Program-made: the position numbers and the translations under genes | The notes under the pieces: model-generated | What the model saw: the letters and a program-made list of their open reading frames with translations, nothing else | Told to the model about the DNA's origin: nothing | Database searches by the model: none | DNA from: a virus | Lineage: Duplodnaviria; Heunggongvirae; Uroviricota; Caudoviricetes | Virus record (IMG/VR): IMGVR_UViG_3300011115_000934 | Location: 33,983-97,982 of that record | Length of the DNA: 64,000 bases | Reading direction: 5' to 3' (one strand) | Shown here: piece by piece, positions 50,605 through 58,060 of the stretch | How the letters are laid out: each line of letters starts with the position of its first letter | How positions within the stretch are numbered: the first letter of the stretch is position 1

Positions 50605-51561
50605 ATGGCAGAAGAAACTATTGAAGTTACGACAGGTAACGAACAAGTAGGTGCATCAGCAGAAGCACACGCAGGAACAGAAGTAACAGATACATCAGTA
50701 TCAGCAAATGCAGGAGTATCAGCCGAAGCTCATGCCAATGTAGAAAATACAACAGAGGTTGTAGAAGGAGTAGATATCAACTCAGAAGCACACGCTACAG
50801 CAGAAGCATCAGTAGAGGCAGAAGCACAAGCAGGATGGGATGGACAAGACGCATCAGCATCAGCTGGAGTATCAGCTGAGGTAAGAGTAGAGGTAGGAGC
50901 TTCAACAGAAGTAGAAACTGATTACGGAACAGCAGGAGTACATGCCGGAGCATATGCAGAAGCACATGCAGGAGTTGGAGCAGATGCTTCAATAGGAGCA
51001 CACGGTGCTGAAGCAAATGCAGGAGCATCAGTAGGTACATCAGTAGGAGTAGAAGCTGGAGTAACAGCACAATCAGGTGATGTATCAGCAGAAGCTAATG
51101 CAGGAGTATCTGTAGGAGTACAAGCAGGTGCTGAAGTTGGAGGTGGAGCTACTTATGATGATGGAGCTATTACATTAGGAGTTGAAGGTGAATTAGCACT
51201 TTTAGTTGGAGTAGATATAGATGCATCAGTAACAATAGATGTATCAGATGAAGTTGAAGCAGCAAAAGAGGCAGCAGCACAAGCAGCTCAAGCTGCAGCA
51301 GACTTATTGGCATCTCAAGAAGCAGCAGAAGCACAACGTGTAGCAGAAGAAGCAGCTAGAATTGCACAAGAACAAGCAGCAGCAGCTCAAAGAGAATTAG
51401 AAAGACAAGCAAGAGAAGCTCAACAAGCCTATGAAGCAGCTCAAAGAGAATTAGAAAGACAAGCAAGAGAAGCTGAAAGAGTTGCAAGAGAAACTCAAGA
51501 CGCACTTGATAGAGCAGCTAGAGAAGCAAAACATCACTTAAACCCAAAGAACTGGTTCTAA
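50605..51561 (+). CDS. Ala/Gly/Val/Glu beta-strand repeat protein with a C-terminal coiled coil
   Basis: Repeated A.A.AG(V/A)S..A.A alternating pattern, then QRELERQAREA repeats. Confidence 0.7.
   Translation: MAEETIEVTTGNEQVGASAEAHAGTEVTDTSVSANAGVSAEAHANVENTTEVVEGVDINSEAHATAEASVEAEAQAGWDGQDASASAGVSAEVRVEVGASTEVETDYGTAGVHAGAYAEAHAGVGADASIGAHGAEANAGASVGTSVGVEAGVTAQSGDVSAEANAGVSVGVQAGAEVGGGATYDDGAITLGVEGELALLVGVDIDASVTIDVSDEVEAAKEAAAQAAQAAADLLASQEAAEAQRVAEEAARIAQEQAAAAQRELERQAREAQQAYEAAQRELERQAREAERVARETQDALDRAAREAKHHLNPKNWF
51382..51474 (+). repeat. 39-nt direct repeat (AAQRELERQAREA x2)
   Basis: gcagctcaaagagaattagaaagacaagcaagagaagct at 51382 and 51436. Confidence 0.9.
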
Positions 51562-51649
51562 TGGGAAATATAATAATGGGACTTGTGGTTTATGAATGCC
51601 TAAGAGCTATTTTATTAAATGCTGTAGGTAAATATAATAACAGAGAAAG

Positions 51650-52360
51650 GTGAAAAAATTCATAACATTATTATTAATAATATTTAGTTTAACAGGCTCT
51701 GCTCAAAAGATAGGGTCTGTTAAAACTGAAGTATATCAAGCAGATTTTGAAAAGAAACAATCACTGGCTGTGGTATCTGATTATGCTGGGGATGTTGTCA
51801 TTCCTATTCAGATTCTTAAAATTGGTATCAACGAAGAGTTGTACGAAATGTACCCTGAACTAAAAGATAAAAGAGTTGGTTTAGGAGTATCAAATATAGT
51901 ATTAGAATATCTAGAATCTACAAACAGATTTAAGTTTACAGAAGACAGAGAAGAAATAAAACAAAAAATGATTGCCCAACATATAGCTTCAGCTAAAGGT
52001 ATATCAGAAAATAAAATAGAAGTTAAAGGAAATGTTATATTAGCAAAGTATTTTGTTTATATAGAAGTATACGATTTCAGCATAGGTGAGGATGAAGAAG
52101 TTTCAACCTCTGGAGCTGAAATAAGACAGAAAACAATATTAGGGTTACAGATAAGATTTGTGGATGCACAAAGCGGTGAAATAATCACAGGATCAGGATC
52201 CGGTGAAGCAGTTACAGTGAAGAAAGCAAGCCTATTAGACGGACTCGACGATATTAAGTTTAACCAATCAACAATCGGAGTATCTACCAAAAAGTCATTA
52301 GAAACTGCCTCTTCAAGAGTAGTATCAAAATTGATTAAGAAGGGGATATTTCCGAACTAA
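51650..52360 (+). CDS. CsgG-like (curli secretion channel fold) protein
   Basis: GTG start, signal peptide; LGVSNIVLEYLESTNRFKFTEDRE and LGLQIRFVDAQSGEIITGSGSG match CsgG-family motifs. No lipobox Cys seen. Confidence 0.7.
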   Translation: MKKFITLLLIIFSLTGSAQKIGSVKTEVYQADFEKKQSLAVVSDYAGDVVIPIQILKIGINEELYEMYPELKDKRVGLGVSNIVLEYLESTNRFKFTEDREEIKQKMIAQHIASAKGISENKIEVKGNVILAKYFVYIEVYDFSIGEDEEVSTSGAEIRQKTILGLQIRFVDAQSGEIITGSGSGEAVTVKKASLLDGLDDIKFNQSTIGVSTKKSLETASSRVVSKLIKKGIFPN

Positions 52361-53847
52361 TGAAAAAATGGATTTCTTTATTTATATTTTTTGTTTTCCT
52401 ACAGGCGTCAGCCCAGTACAGCTACACCTATACAGACCCATGTACACTTCAGTTAAAGAGCGTATTTGTACCTGCTGGAGGTGGTGTAGTAGTAAACTAC
52501 TTCGATAACCACAATACATTCTCAGCAAATGACTTCTCCTCAGGAGCATTTGATAGTTGGATCACTCAAGTATCCCAACAAAATTCTAACTCACCTTGCC
52601 AAACAGTTACAACCACTTTAGTAAATAACATAACATCAACCGTAGTATCAAACACAGTTGGCATATTAACAAACGTTGTAGCAATATCTTCTCTAGCTCA
52701 ATCAATGGCTAGTATAAGTAGTTCTATAGGAAGTTCAATGTCTGCAACAGCAGGTGGTATTTCAAATACCAGCATTGGAAATGCAGTAGACAATAACCAA
52801 AGTAATTCAAATGGAAAATCAGATAGTAAAAACGGAGGAAGTACAGGAAGTGCTGGAAGTAATCAAACAAACAACCAAAATGAAGGAAGCACTACCCCTA
52901 GTACATCAACTGGAGGAAATACTAACCCAACAGGAGGAACAAGCACAAGCCAAGGAGGAAACCCTTCAAGTCCAAATCAACCAACTCAAGGAGGAGAACA
53001 AACGTCTCAACCATCTGTAGAAGGAGGAACATCCTCAGGGACAACAGGTAATACAGCAAACTCAATTTCAAATTCTGTAGATGGGGGATCTTCATCAGGA
53101 GCATCAAGCAATACAGCAAACTCAATTTCTAACTCTATAGATGGAGGAAGTAGTGAAGGTGGTAGTTCATCAGGAGGTTCATCTAGTTCTAAAAAACAAG
53201 CCAATGCTAAAACATCCTCAGGAAGTTTAATTGCCTCAGGAGATATGGTTGCCATTTCAAGTACGGATGGAACAACAGCAAACCAATATAAGATAGTAGC
53301 AAGTATAACACATGCTAATACTAGAGGTACAAGAATTAAAGGAGTACTGTTCAATTATACAACAGGAGCAAATAATGTAAATGTAACTCTATATAAATCC
53401 TGGATTAATAAAACAAGAAGTTTAAATACCATTGCAGCAAATTCTACTATGATGGATTTTGAAAAAAATATATTTAATACTACAACAGGATTAGAATCTT
53501 ACAAAATAAATAAAAGCATAACAGCAATGTTTGGTATGAATTTTACAGCAGGGAAGATGGGTGAGAGAAGCTTCTATAACTTATCTGCAGTAGGAGGAGG
53601 ACATGTTAGTACAAAAGTAACTGATAGAGTTTCAACTAGCTTTTTAGTTCTAGCAATCTATTCTCCGTTCACTCAATTCTATGATGGAAAGTGGTGGAGT
53701 GCAGGAGTTTTATTTGTACCATTTAATTCATGGGATTTTAAAATAACAAAGACGTTCAAATATAATGTAAGCTTTACAGGAGTTTATCAAATGAATGAAA
53801 GTTTTCTTAATTATCAAATATTAACCGGAGGCAAAATATCATTCTAA
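52360..53847 (+). CDS. Secreted protein with an S/G/N/T low-complexity linker and a probable C-terminal outer-membrane beta-barrel
   Basis: Signal peptide, two Cys, duplicated NTANSISNS(V/I)DGGSS, amphipathic strands ending in C-terminal Phe (GGKISF). Confidence 0.6.
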   Translation: MKKWISLFIFFVFLQASAQYSYTYTDPCTLQLKSVFVPAGGGVVVNYFDNHNTFSANDFSSGAFDSWITQVSQQNSNSPCQTVTTTLVNNITSTVVSNTVGILTNVVAISSLAQSMASISSSIGSSMSATAGGISNTSIGNAVDNNQSNSNGKSDSKNGGSTGSAGSNQTNNQNEGSTTPSTSTGGNTNPTGGTSTSQGGNPSSPNQPTQGGEQTSQPSVEGGTSSGTTGNTANSISNSVDGGSSSGASSNTANSISNSIDGGSSEGGSSSGGSSSSKKQANAKTSSGSLIASGDMVAISSTDGTTANQYKIVASITHANTRGTRIKGVLFNYTTGANNVNVTLYKSWINKTRSLNTIAANSTMMDFEKNIFNTTTGLESYKINKSITAMFGMNFTAGKMGERSFYNLSAVGGGHVSTKVTDRVSTSFLVLAIYSPFTQFYDGKWWSAGVLFVPFNSWDFKITKTFKYNVSFTGVYQMNESFLNYQILTGGKISF

Positions 53848-54299
53848 TGAAAAAACTATTACTACTATTACCGTTATTGTTCCTACTATCATCAGATACA
53901 GCACCAAAGTGTTACAAAGTAACCAAAGTTACAACCCTAGTAGAAGCACCTGAAATGAAAAAGGAAAGGATCTTATTTGGAATCAAACAGATGACAGAAG
54001 AAATCCTATCTGAAAAACACAACATATGCGAAGATGGAACTCCAGTTGAAGTTGAAATAATGTCAATTGAAGCTCCTTCTACATCTACCTCTTTTGGTCC
54101 ATTTGCAAAAGAGAAAAAAGAAACCATTGTCAAACTTAGAATCATAATTGGAAAAGATGATTACTGGGGACAGGGTAAAGCAAACGTCACAGTTCAGTCT
54201 ACATTCCTAGATCTAAACGACGATAACTTACCATTTAGTAAAACTGCATTTTCAGGAGCAGTTAAAAAAGCTTTGGTCGAAGCTGTTGGAGAAATGTAA
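53847..54299 (+). CDS. Secreted/periplasmic accessory protein
   Basis: Signal MKKLLLLLPLLFLLSS; closes the envelope locus. Confidence 0.6.
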   Translation: MKKLLLLLPLLFLLSSDTAPKCYKVTKVTTLVEAPEMKKERILFGIKQMTEEILSEKHNICEDGTPVEVEIMSIEAPSTSTSFGPFAKEKKETIVKLRIIIGKDDYWGQGKANVTVQSTFLDLNDDNLPFSKTAFSGAVKKALVEAVGEM

Positions 54300-54320
54300 A
54301 TAATTCCGTATCTTTAACAT

Positions 54321-54527
54321 ATGGAAGATAAGCAGTACACCATTACATACAGAAAGCAAAAATACGAACTAGATCCAGAATATTGGGACGAAGAACAGCC
54401 TAATAGTACTAGAGCGTTTCAATTAAGACAGCTTACGTATTGTGTAGAGATAGGAGATTTTACTACTCTAGAAAATAGAATAAACAATATGCTTAAATGG
54501 GGAGGTATAAAAAAAGTAGAGAAATAG
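54321..54527 (+). CDS. Hypothetical protein
   Basis: 68 aa ORF after a CGTATCTTTA promoter-like motif. Confidence 0.55.
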   Translation: MEDKQYTITYRKQKYELDPEYWDEEQPNSTRAFQLRQLTYCVEIGDFTTLENRINNMLKWGGIKKVEK

Positions 54528-54580
54528 TTGTATTTCTTAAATAAAATACCTATCTTATATTATAATCAAAAATCAAATCT

Positions 54581-54736
54581 ATGTCAAAGAATTCAACAAA
54601 GAGTCAGTATGAACAACTAATGGCTTGGTTACCAACTTTAAACCAACCTAAAGTAGCAAAAGAACAGTCATCAACCAAATTCAGCAAAGCTGATCACTAC
54701 AAATCAAAAGGAGCATATGGCAAAGCAGGTAATTAA
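54581..54736 (+). CDS. Small basic protein (51 aa; absent from the ORF track)
   Basis: Manually translated MSKNSTKSQYEQLMAWLPTL...YGKAGN*; follows a promoter-like motif. Confidence 0.55.
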   Translation: MSKNSTKSQYEQLMAWLPTLNQPKVAKEQSSTKFSKADHYKSKGAYGKAGN

Positions 54737-54983
54737 ATTTTACGCAGATTGGTGTGGACCTTGTACAGTATACGCACCAGCTTTTACTAAAGTAAGAGAA
54801 GAGTTAGAAAGTGATGAGATTACCTTCTTAGAAATTAATGTTGAGAACGATCCAGAGAACTTATCAGGACAGTACGGAGTAAGAGGAATTCCTCATACAG
54901 TTGTAATTACAGAGGGAGCTGAAACGCAAGCCAGATCCGGAAGAATAGCAGAAGACGAGTTAAAGCAATTTATTTTAAACTAA
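54717..54983 (+). CDS. trxA: Thioredoxin
   Basis: FYADWCGPC active site, GVRGIPH cis-Pro loop. Confidence 0.93.
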   Translation: MAKQVIKFYADWCGPCTVYAPAFTKVREELESDEITFLEINVENDPENLSGQYGVRGIPHTVVITEGAETQARSGRIAEDELKQFILN

Positions 54984-54994
54984 AAACTAAAAAA

Positions 54995-55306
54995 ATGTTA
55001 CGTAATCCAAACACCATCCCAGTAGGGGATACAGTTATAGAAGATCCAACACTAGAACCATACTTCATTGTTAACTCTAGCTCAGGAGGATACACAGTGT
55101 TCGAAAAAGTAAATAGAGGCAAGGACGATAGAGCGTATCTACGATCAGTTTGTTATCCATCAACATTCAATCATGCATTAAAAGTTATTGCCAAAGAAAA
55201 GCTAAATACAAGTGAGAACAATCACTACACTTCAATTCAAGAATATATTTCTAAATGGGAATCAATTACCAAATCAATTGAGAATGCAACTTTAATAGAG
55301 CTGTAA
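54995..55306 (+). CDS. Hypothetical protein
   Basis: 103 aa, phage-like codon usage. Confidence 0.6.
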   Translation: MLRNPNTIPVGDTVIEDPTLEPYFIVNSSSGGYTVFEKVNRGKDDRAYLRSVCYPSTFNHALKVIAKEKLNTSENNHYTSIQEYISKWESITKSIENATLIEL

Positions 55307-55307
55307 C

Positions 55308-55448
55308 ATGGGAGAAGTAATTGAACACGTATGCGGAGCATGTGGAGAAAATCATCCACATTTATTAAATATTTCTGCACTTTTTGTTGTCTTTGGAGGA
55401 TATTTTTCTTATATTAAATGTAAAATAAAATCATTATGGAACAAGTAG
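55308..55448 (+). CDS. Small Cys/His-motif membrane peptide (46 aa; absent from the ORF track)
   Basis: MGEVIEHVCGACGENHPHLLNISALFVVFGGYFSYIKCKIKSLWNK*. Confidence 0.55.
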   Translation: MGEVIEHVCGACGENHPHLLNISALFVVFGGYFSYIKCKIKSLWNK

Positions 55449-55684
55449 AATTAATATCGTTGTATGATTATTTAGGTTATGCAGCAGGTGCTGAGTTAGG
55501 AAAGCAAGTAGCGACAGCTGCTACTAGAGCTAAAGAACAATTTGGAAAAAGAACTATTAGCAATACTCGATATAAAGGAGAGGTACTGCTTTACAGAAGA
55601 GAGTTTCTAAAAGAGTATTTTAACAAACAACAAAATCCAGATATACAACTTTCAGTAAGTGATCATCAGGACTATAACCAATGA
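55436..55684 (+). CDS. Hypothetical protein
   Basis: 82 aa, SLYDYLGYAAG motif. Confidence 0.6.
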   Translation: MEQVELISLYDYLGYAAGAELGKQVATAATRAKEQFGKRTISNTRYKGEVLLYRREFLKEYFNKQQNPDIQLSVSDHQDYNQ

Positions 55685-55696
55685 CTGACAAAGAAC

Positions 55697-56062
55697 ATGT
55701 ACAAATCAACAACAACAAATTTAAACGGCTACTCAGGAACAGTAGGAACAGCAACTCCACTATCAGGAAACATTAATACGATAGGATCTTCAGGAACAGG
55801 GTTAACCACGTCAGGAAATTCATCATATTCATTATCAAATCAAATTCAAAATAACATGACACCAAAACAAGTAAACGTAGCAGTATTTACAATCACAAGA
55901 GACAAGAAAACAAATGAAATCAATTCAACAAAATTTGTAAAAGAATTATGGATTGAGCAAAAGAATGGAATATCAATCGACTTACTAGTTGCAAAACAAT
56001 TAGGAACTGATTTTGATCCAGAAACAACTATAATTAAAGTACTTTCTACAGTAAGTTTCTAA
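55697..56062 (+). CDS. Hypothetical protein
   Basis: S/T/G-rich N-terminal half. Confidence 0.55.
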   Translation: MYKSTTTNLNGYSGTVGTATPLSGNINTIGSSGTGLTTSGNSSYSLSNQIQNNMTPKQVNVAVFTITRDKKTNEINSTKFVKELWIEQKNGISIDLLVAKQLGTDFDPETTIIKVLSTVSF

Positions 56063-56331
56063 TGGCACAGTACAGAAAGAAGCCAGTTGTAATTGAAGCA
56101 GTTCAATTAGAAGACCTAGAAGTCTATACTTTAATGGCAATCCAACAATTTGTTGGATTAGCTAATGACAAGGTACTAGCTGTAAGCGATGGAGTGTTGA
56201 TTAATACCCTAGAAGGTACCATGAAAGCTTCAATAGGTGATTTCATTATAAAAGGAGTACAAGGAGAATTTTATCCATGCAAACCAGATATTTTTGAAAA
56301 AACTTACGAAAAAGTTGCAGAAGAAGAATAA
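56062..56331 (+). CDS. Conserved phage hypothetical protein (RKKPVVIEA family)
   Basis: YRKKPVVIEAVQ...TLEGTMKASIGDFIIKGVQGEFYPCKPDIFEKTYE. Confidence 0.8.
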   Translation: MAQYRKKPVVIEAVQLEDLEVYTLMAIQQFVGLANDKVLAVSDGVLINTLEGTMKASIGDFIIKGVQGEFYPCKPDIFEKTYEKVAEEE

Positions 56332-56373
56332 AGTTCGTATCTTTAAGTATTATTAATAACAAATAAAACAAAA

Positions 56374-56535
56374 ATGAAAAAATTAGTTTTAGTATTAGCT
56401 GTAATGGCTTTAGTGGCAGTAAGTTGTAATAAGGTGACTCCGTCAGCTAAATTAACAACAGTAGATTCAACAGCAGTAGCAACTGATTCAGTATCGGTTG
56501 ACACAACTGCAGTAGATACTACAGCTGTAAAATAA
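56374..56535 (+). CDS. Small Bacteroidota-type lipoprotein (53 aa; absent from the ORF track)
   Basis: MKKLVLVLAVMALVAVSC lipobox followed by VDSTAVATDSVSVDTTAVDTTAVK*; upstream CGTATCTTTA motif. Confidence 0.8.
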   Translation: MKKLVLVLAVMALVAVSCNKVTPSAKLTTVDSTAVATDSVSVDTTAVDTTAVK

Positions 56536-56644
56536 AACATCACCCAGTAGATAGGTCCGCCAAGAAAGTCTTTAAACAACGTGGGAACTGCGGCTCTCCC
56601 AATGTGGCTGGAATGTTTTATAAAAGTTACCAATGCTCGCTGTT

Positions 56645-56768
56645 AGTTGATGATGGTGCTAAACGGATGAAAAAGGGTTTATAGTAATCTAGAGTACAAG
56701 CAAATCATCAATCAGAAACCCTGATCTTGTATAAGCCCCGTAACTGATAACTCGGAAGGCTACAAGAA
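56645..56768 (+). ncRNA. Candidate pseudoknotted ncRNA
   Basis: TTGATGAT/ATCATCAA crossed by AGGGTTT/AAACCCT, followed by a CTTGTA/TACAAG hairpin. Confidence 0.45.
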
Positions 56769-56789
56769 AGACCAAGGTTGGTAAATAAA

Positions 56790-56877
56790 GAATCGGTTGG
56801 TGTCAACGGGACGAGTCCTGCTAGGGTTAACATGGACGGTAAGTCTGGATGAGGGTTCGAATCCCTCACCGATTCCA
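56790..56877 (+). ncRNA. Atypical tRNA-like RNA with a long variable arm (weak GCT anticodon arm)
   Basis: Acceptor (G)AATCGGT/ACCGATT(C), T arm GAGGG-TTCGAAT-CCCTC, variable hairpin GGAC/GTCT. Confidence 0.55.
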
Positions 56878-57036
56878 AAATAAAAACTACTTGAGTAAGT
56901 GGGAGTGGTCAATCAACAACCCAAAGAAGTTTCAGGTAAATCTATATGATACAGGACAGGCGAGCCTATAATAGAGTAAGTAGCAAGTTGATATGTTTTT
57001 TCAAGGATTGGATAGTTTTTAATATCAGCGAAAAAT

Positions 57037-57179
57037 AGTCAGGTGGCGGAAATGGAAGACGCGGGATAACTGTTAAAGGGTCCTTATAAACGGAGGTGAT
57101 GCTCCGGTCTGTAGTTGATTTGAGGGTTAGATCGAATCACGCAACTAAACTCATGCAGGTTCGAGTCCTGTCCTGACTA
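57037..57179 (+). ncRNA. Oversized (143 nt) tRNA-Leu-like RNA
   Basis: AGTCAGG/CCTGACT acceptor, Leu-type D arm GCGGAAATGGAAGACGC, T arm GCAGG-TTCGAGT-CCTGT, about 70-nt two-hairpin variable region. Confidence 0.65.
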
Positions 57180-57222
57180 CAAATTTAAGATTACCGTTCT
57201 TTGAATTTAAAAAAACAAAACT

Positions 57223-57528
57223 ATGGAACAAATTTTAGCATTTGTTTTAGGTGTTGGTGCAGTTGCCTTTGTATGGGCAGTTGTGGTAGCGTTTAAGACA
57301 ACAAAAAAAGTAAAACAGATTGAACAAGCAATCACAGGTCATCAAGAATGGATTCAAAGAAACGATGAAATGGTTAACAGAAGAATTGATCAAGAAATTG
57401 ATCGAGTAGACCTAATCTATACAAACGTACTATCAACTCTAGATTCTAGAATAGATAAATTAGATGCAAAATTCTGCCGTGACGGAAAAGCATTAACTGA
57501 GAAATCAAAGGAATTTTTAAAAGGATAA
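57223..57528 (+). CDS. Membrane-anchored coiled-coil protein
   Basis: N-terminal TM ILAFVLGVGAVAFVWAVVVAF. Confidence 0.65.
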   Translation: MEQILAFVLGVGAVAFVWAVVVAFKTTKKVKQIEQAITGHQEWIQRNDEMVNRRIDQEIDRVDLIYTNVLSTLDSRIDKLDAKFCRDGKALTEKSKEFLKG

Positions 57529-57589
57529 ATTAACCCAAAGAACGGTATTCTTTTTAGAAACAATCCTATTTATAGGAAAATATATACAA

Positions 57590-57766
57590 ATGAAAAAATC
57601 ACAATTAGTTCAAATTATAAAAGAGTCTTTAAACGAATCACAGAAAGACACCATAGCTCAGAAACAATTCAAAATGAATTACAGTCAATTGGGTAAGAAT
57701 GAAAAGGAATGGGTTGACGACGAGATTGATAATATAGAATATAAAAAGAATAAAGCAAAAAAATAA
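57590..57766 (+). CDS. Small protein (58 aa; absent from the ORF track), candidate head-internal
   Basis: MKKSQLVQIIKESLNE...; TATTTATA upstream. Confidence 0.65.
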   Translation: MKKSQLVQIIKESLNESQKDTIAQKQFKMNYSQLGKNEKEWVDDEIDNIEYKKNKAKK

Positions 57767-57827
57767 ATCAACCATTAGTTGGTTCGGAAAGGAAAAGTTC
57801 ATATATTTATATATAGAAACAAATAAA

Positions 57828-57983
57828 ATGAAAGCACAACAAAACATACATCAACTTAATAACGTAGCGCAGAGAGCCATTAGTATATGGTCGGATTCGT
57901 TATGTAATGATATTATATTTGAAGGAAGTGTTCTTGGCTTTACGTATAATAACGAACCGAAACAAACCAAAACCGGGATATGA
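57828..57983 (+). CDS. Candidate leader peptide (51 aa)
   Basis: MKAQQNIHQLNNVAQRAISIWSDSLCNDIIFEGSVLGFTYNNEPKQTKTGI*, followed 34 nt later by a terminator. Confidence 0.55.
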   Translation: MKAQQNIHQLNNVAQRAISIWSDSLCNDIIFEGSVLGFTYNNEPKQTKTGI

Positions 57984-58016
57984 TATAAATTATTTATACA
58001 TATAAATTCTAATAAG

Positions 58017-58050
58017 AACCCGGATCAAATAAAAAAGATTCGGGTTTTTT
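58017..58050 (+). terminator. Rho-independent terminator (candidate attenuator)
   Basis: AACCCGGATC-loop-GATTCGGGTT followed by TTTT. Confidence 0.85.
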
Positions 58051-58060
58051 ATTAAAAAAA

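Noticed and set aside
56343-56633. 96-aa minus-strand ORF
   Set aside because: It overlaps a much more convincing + strand lipoprotein (56374-56535) with a lipobox and an upstream promoter motif.
56545-57030. tmRNA or RNase P RNA
   Set aside because: AAGAAAGTC only loosely resembles RNase P CR-I and no CR-V/P4 partner was found. There is no G3-U70 tRNA-like domain with a tag ORF. A cmsearch would settle it.
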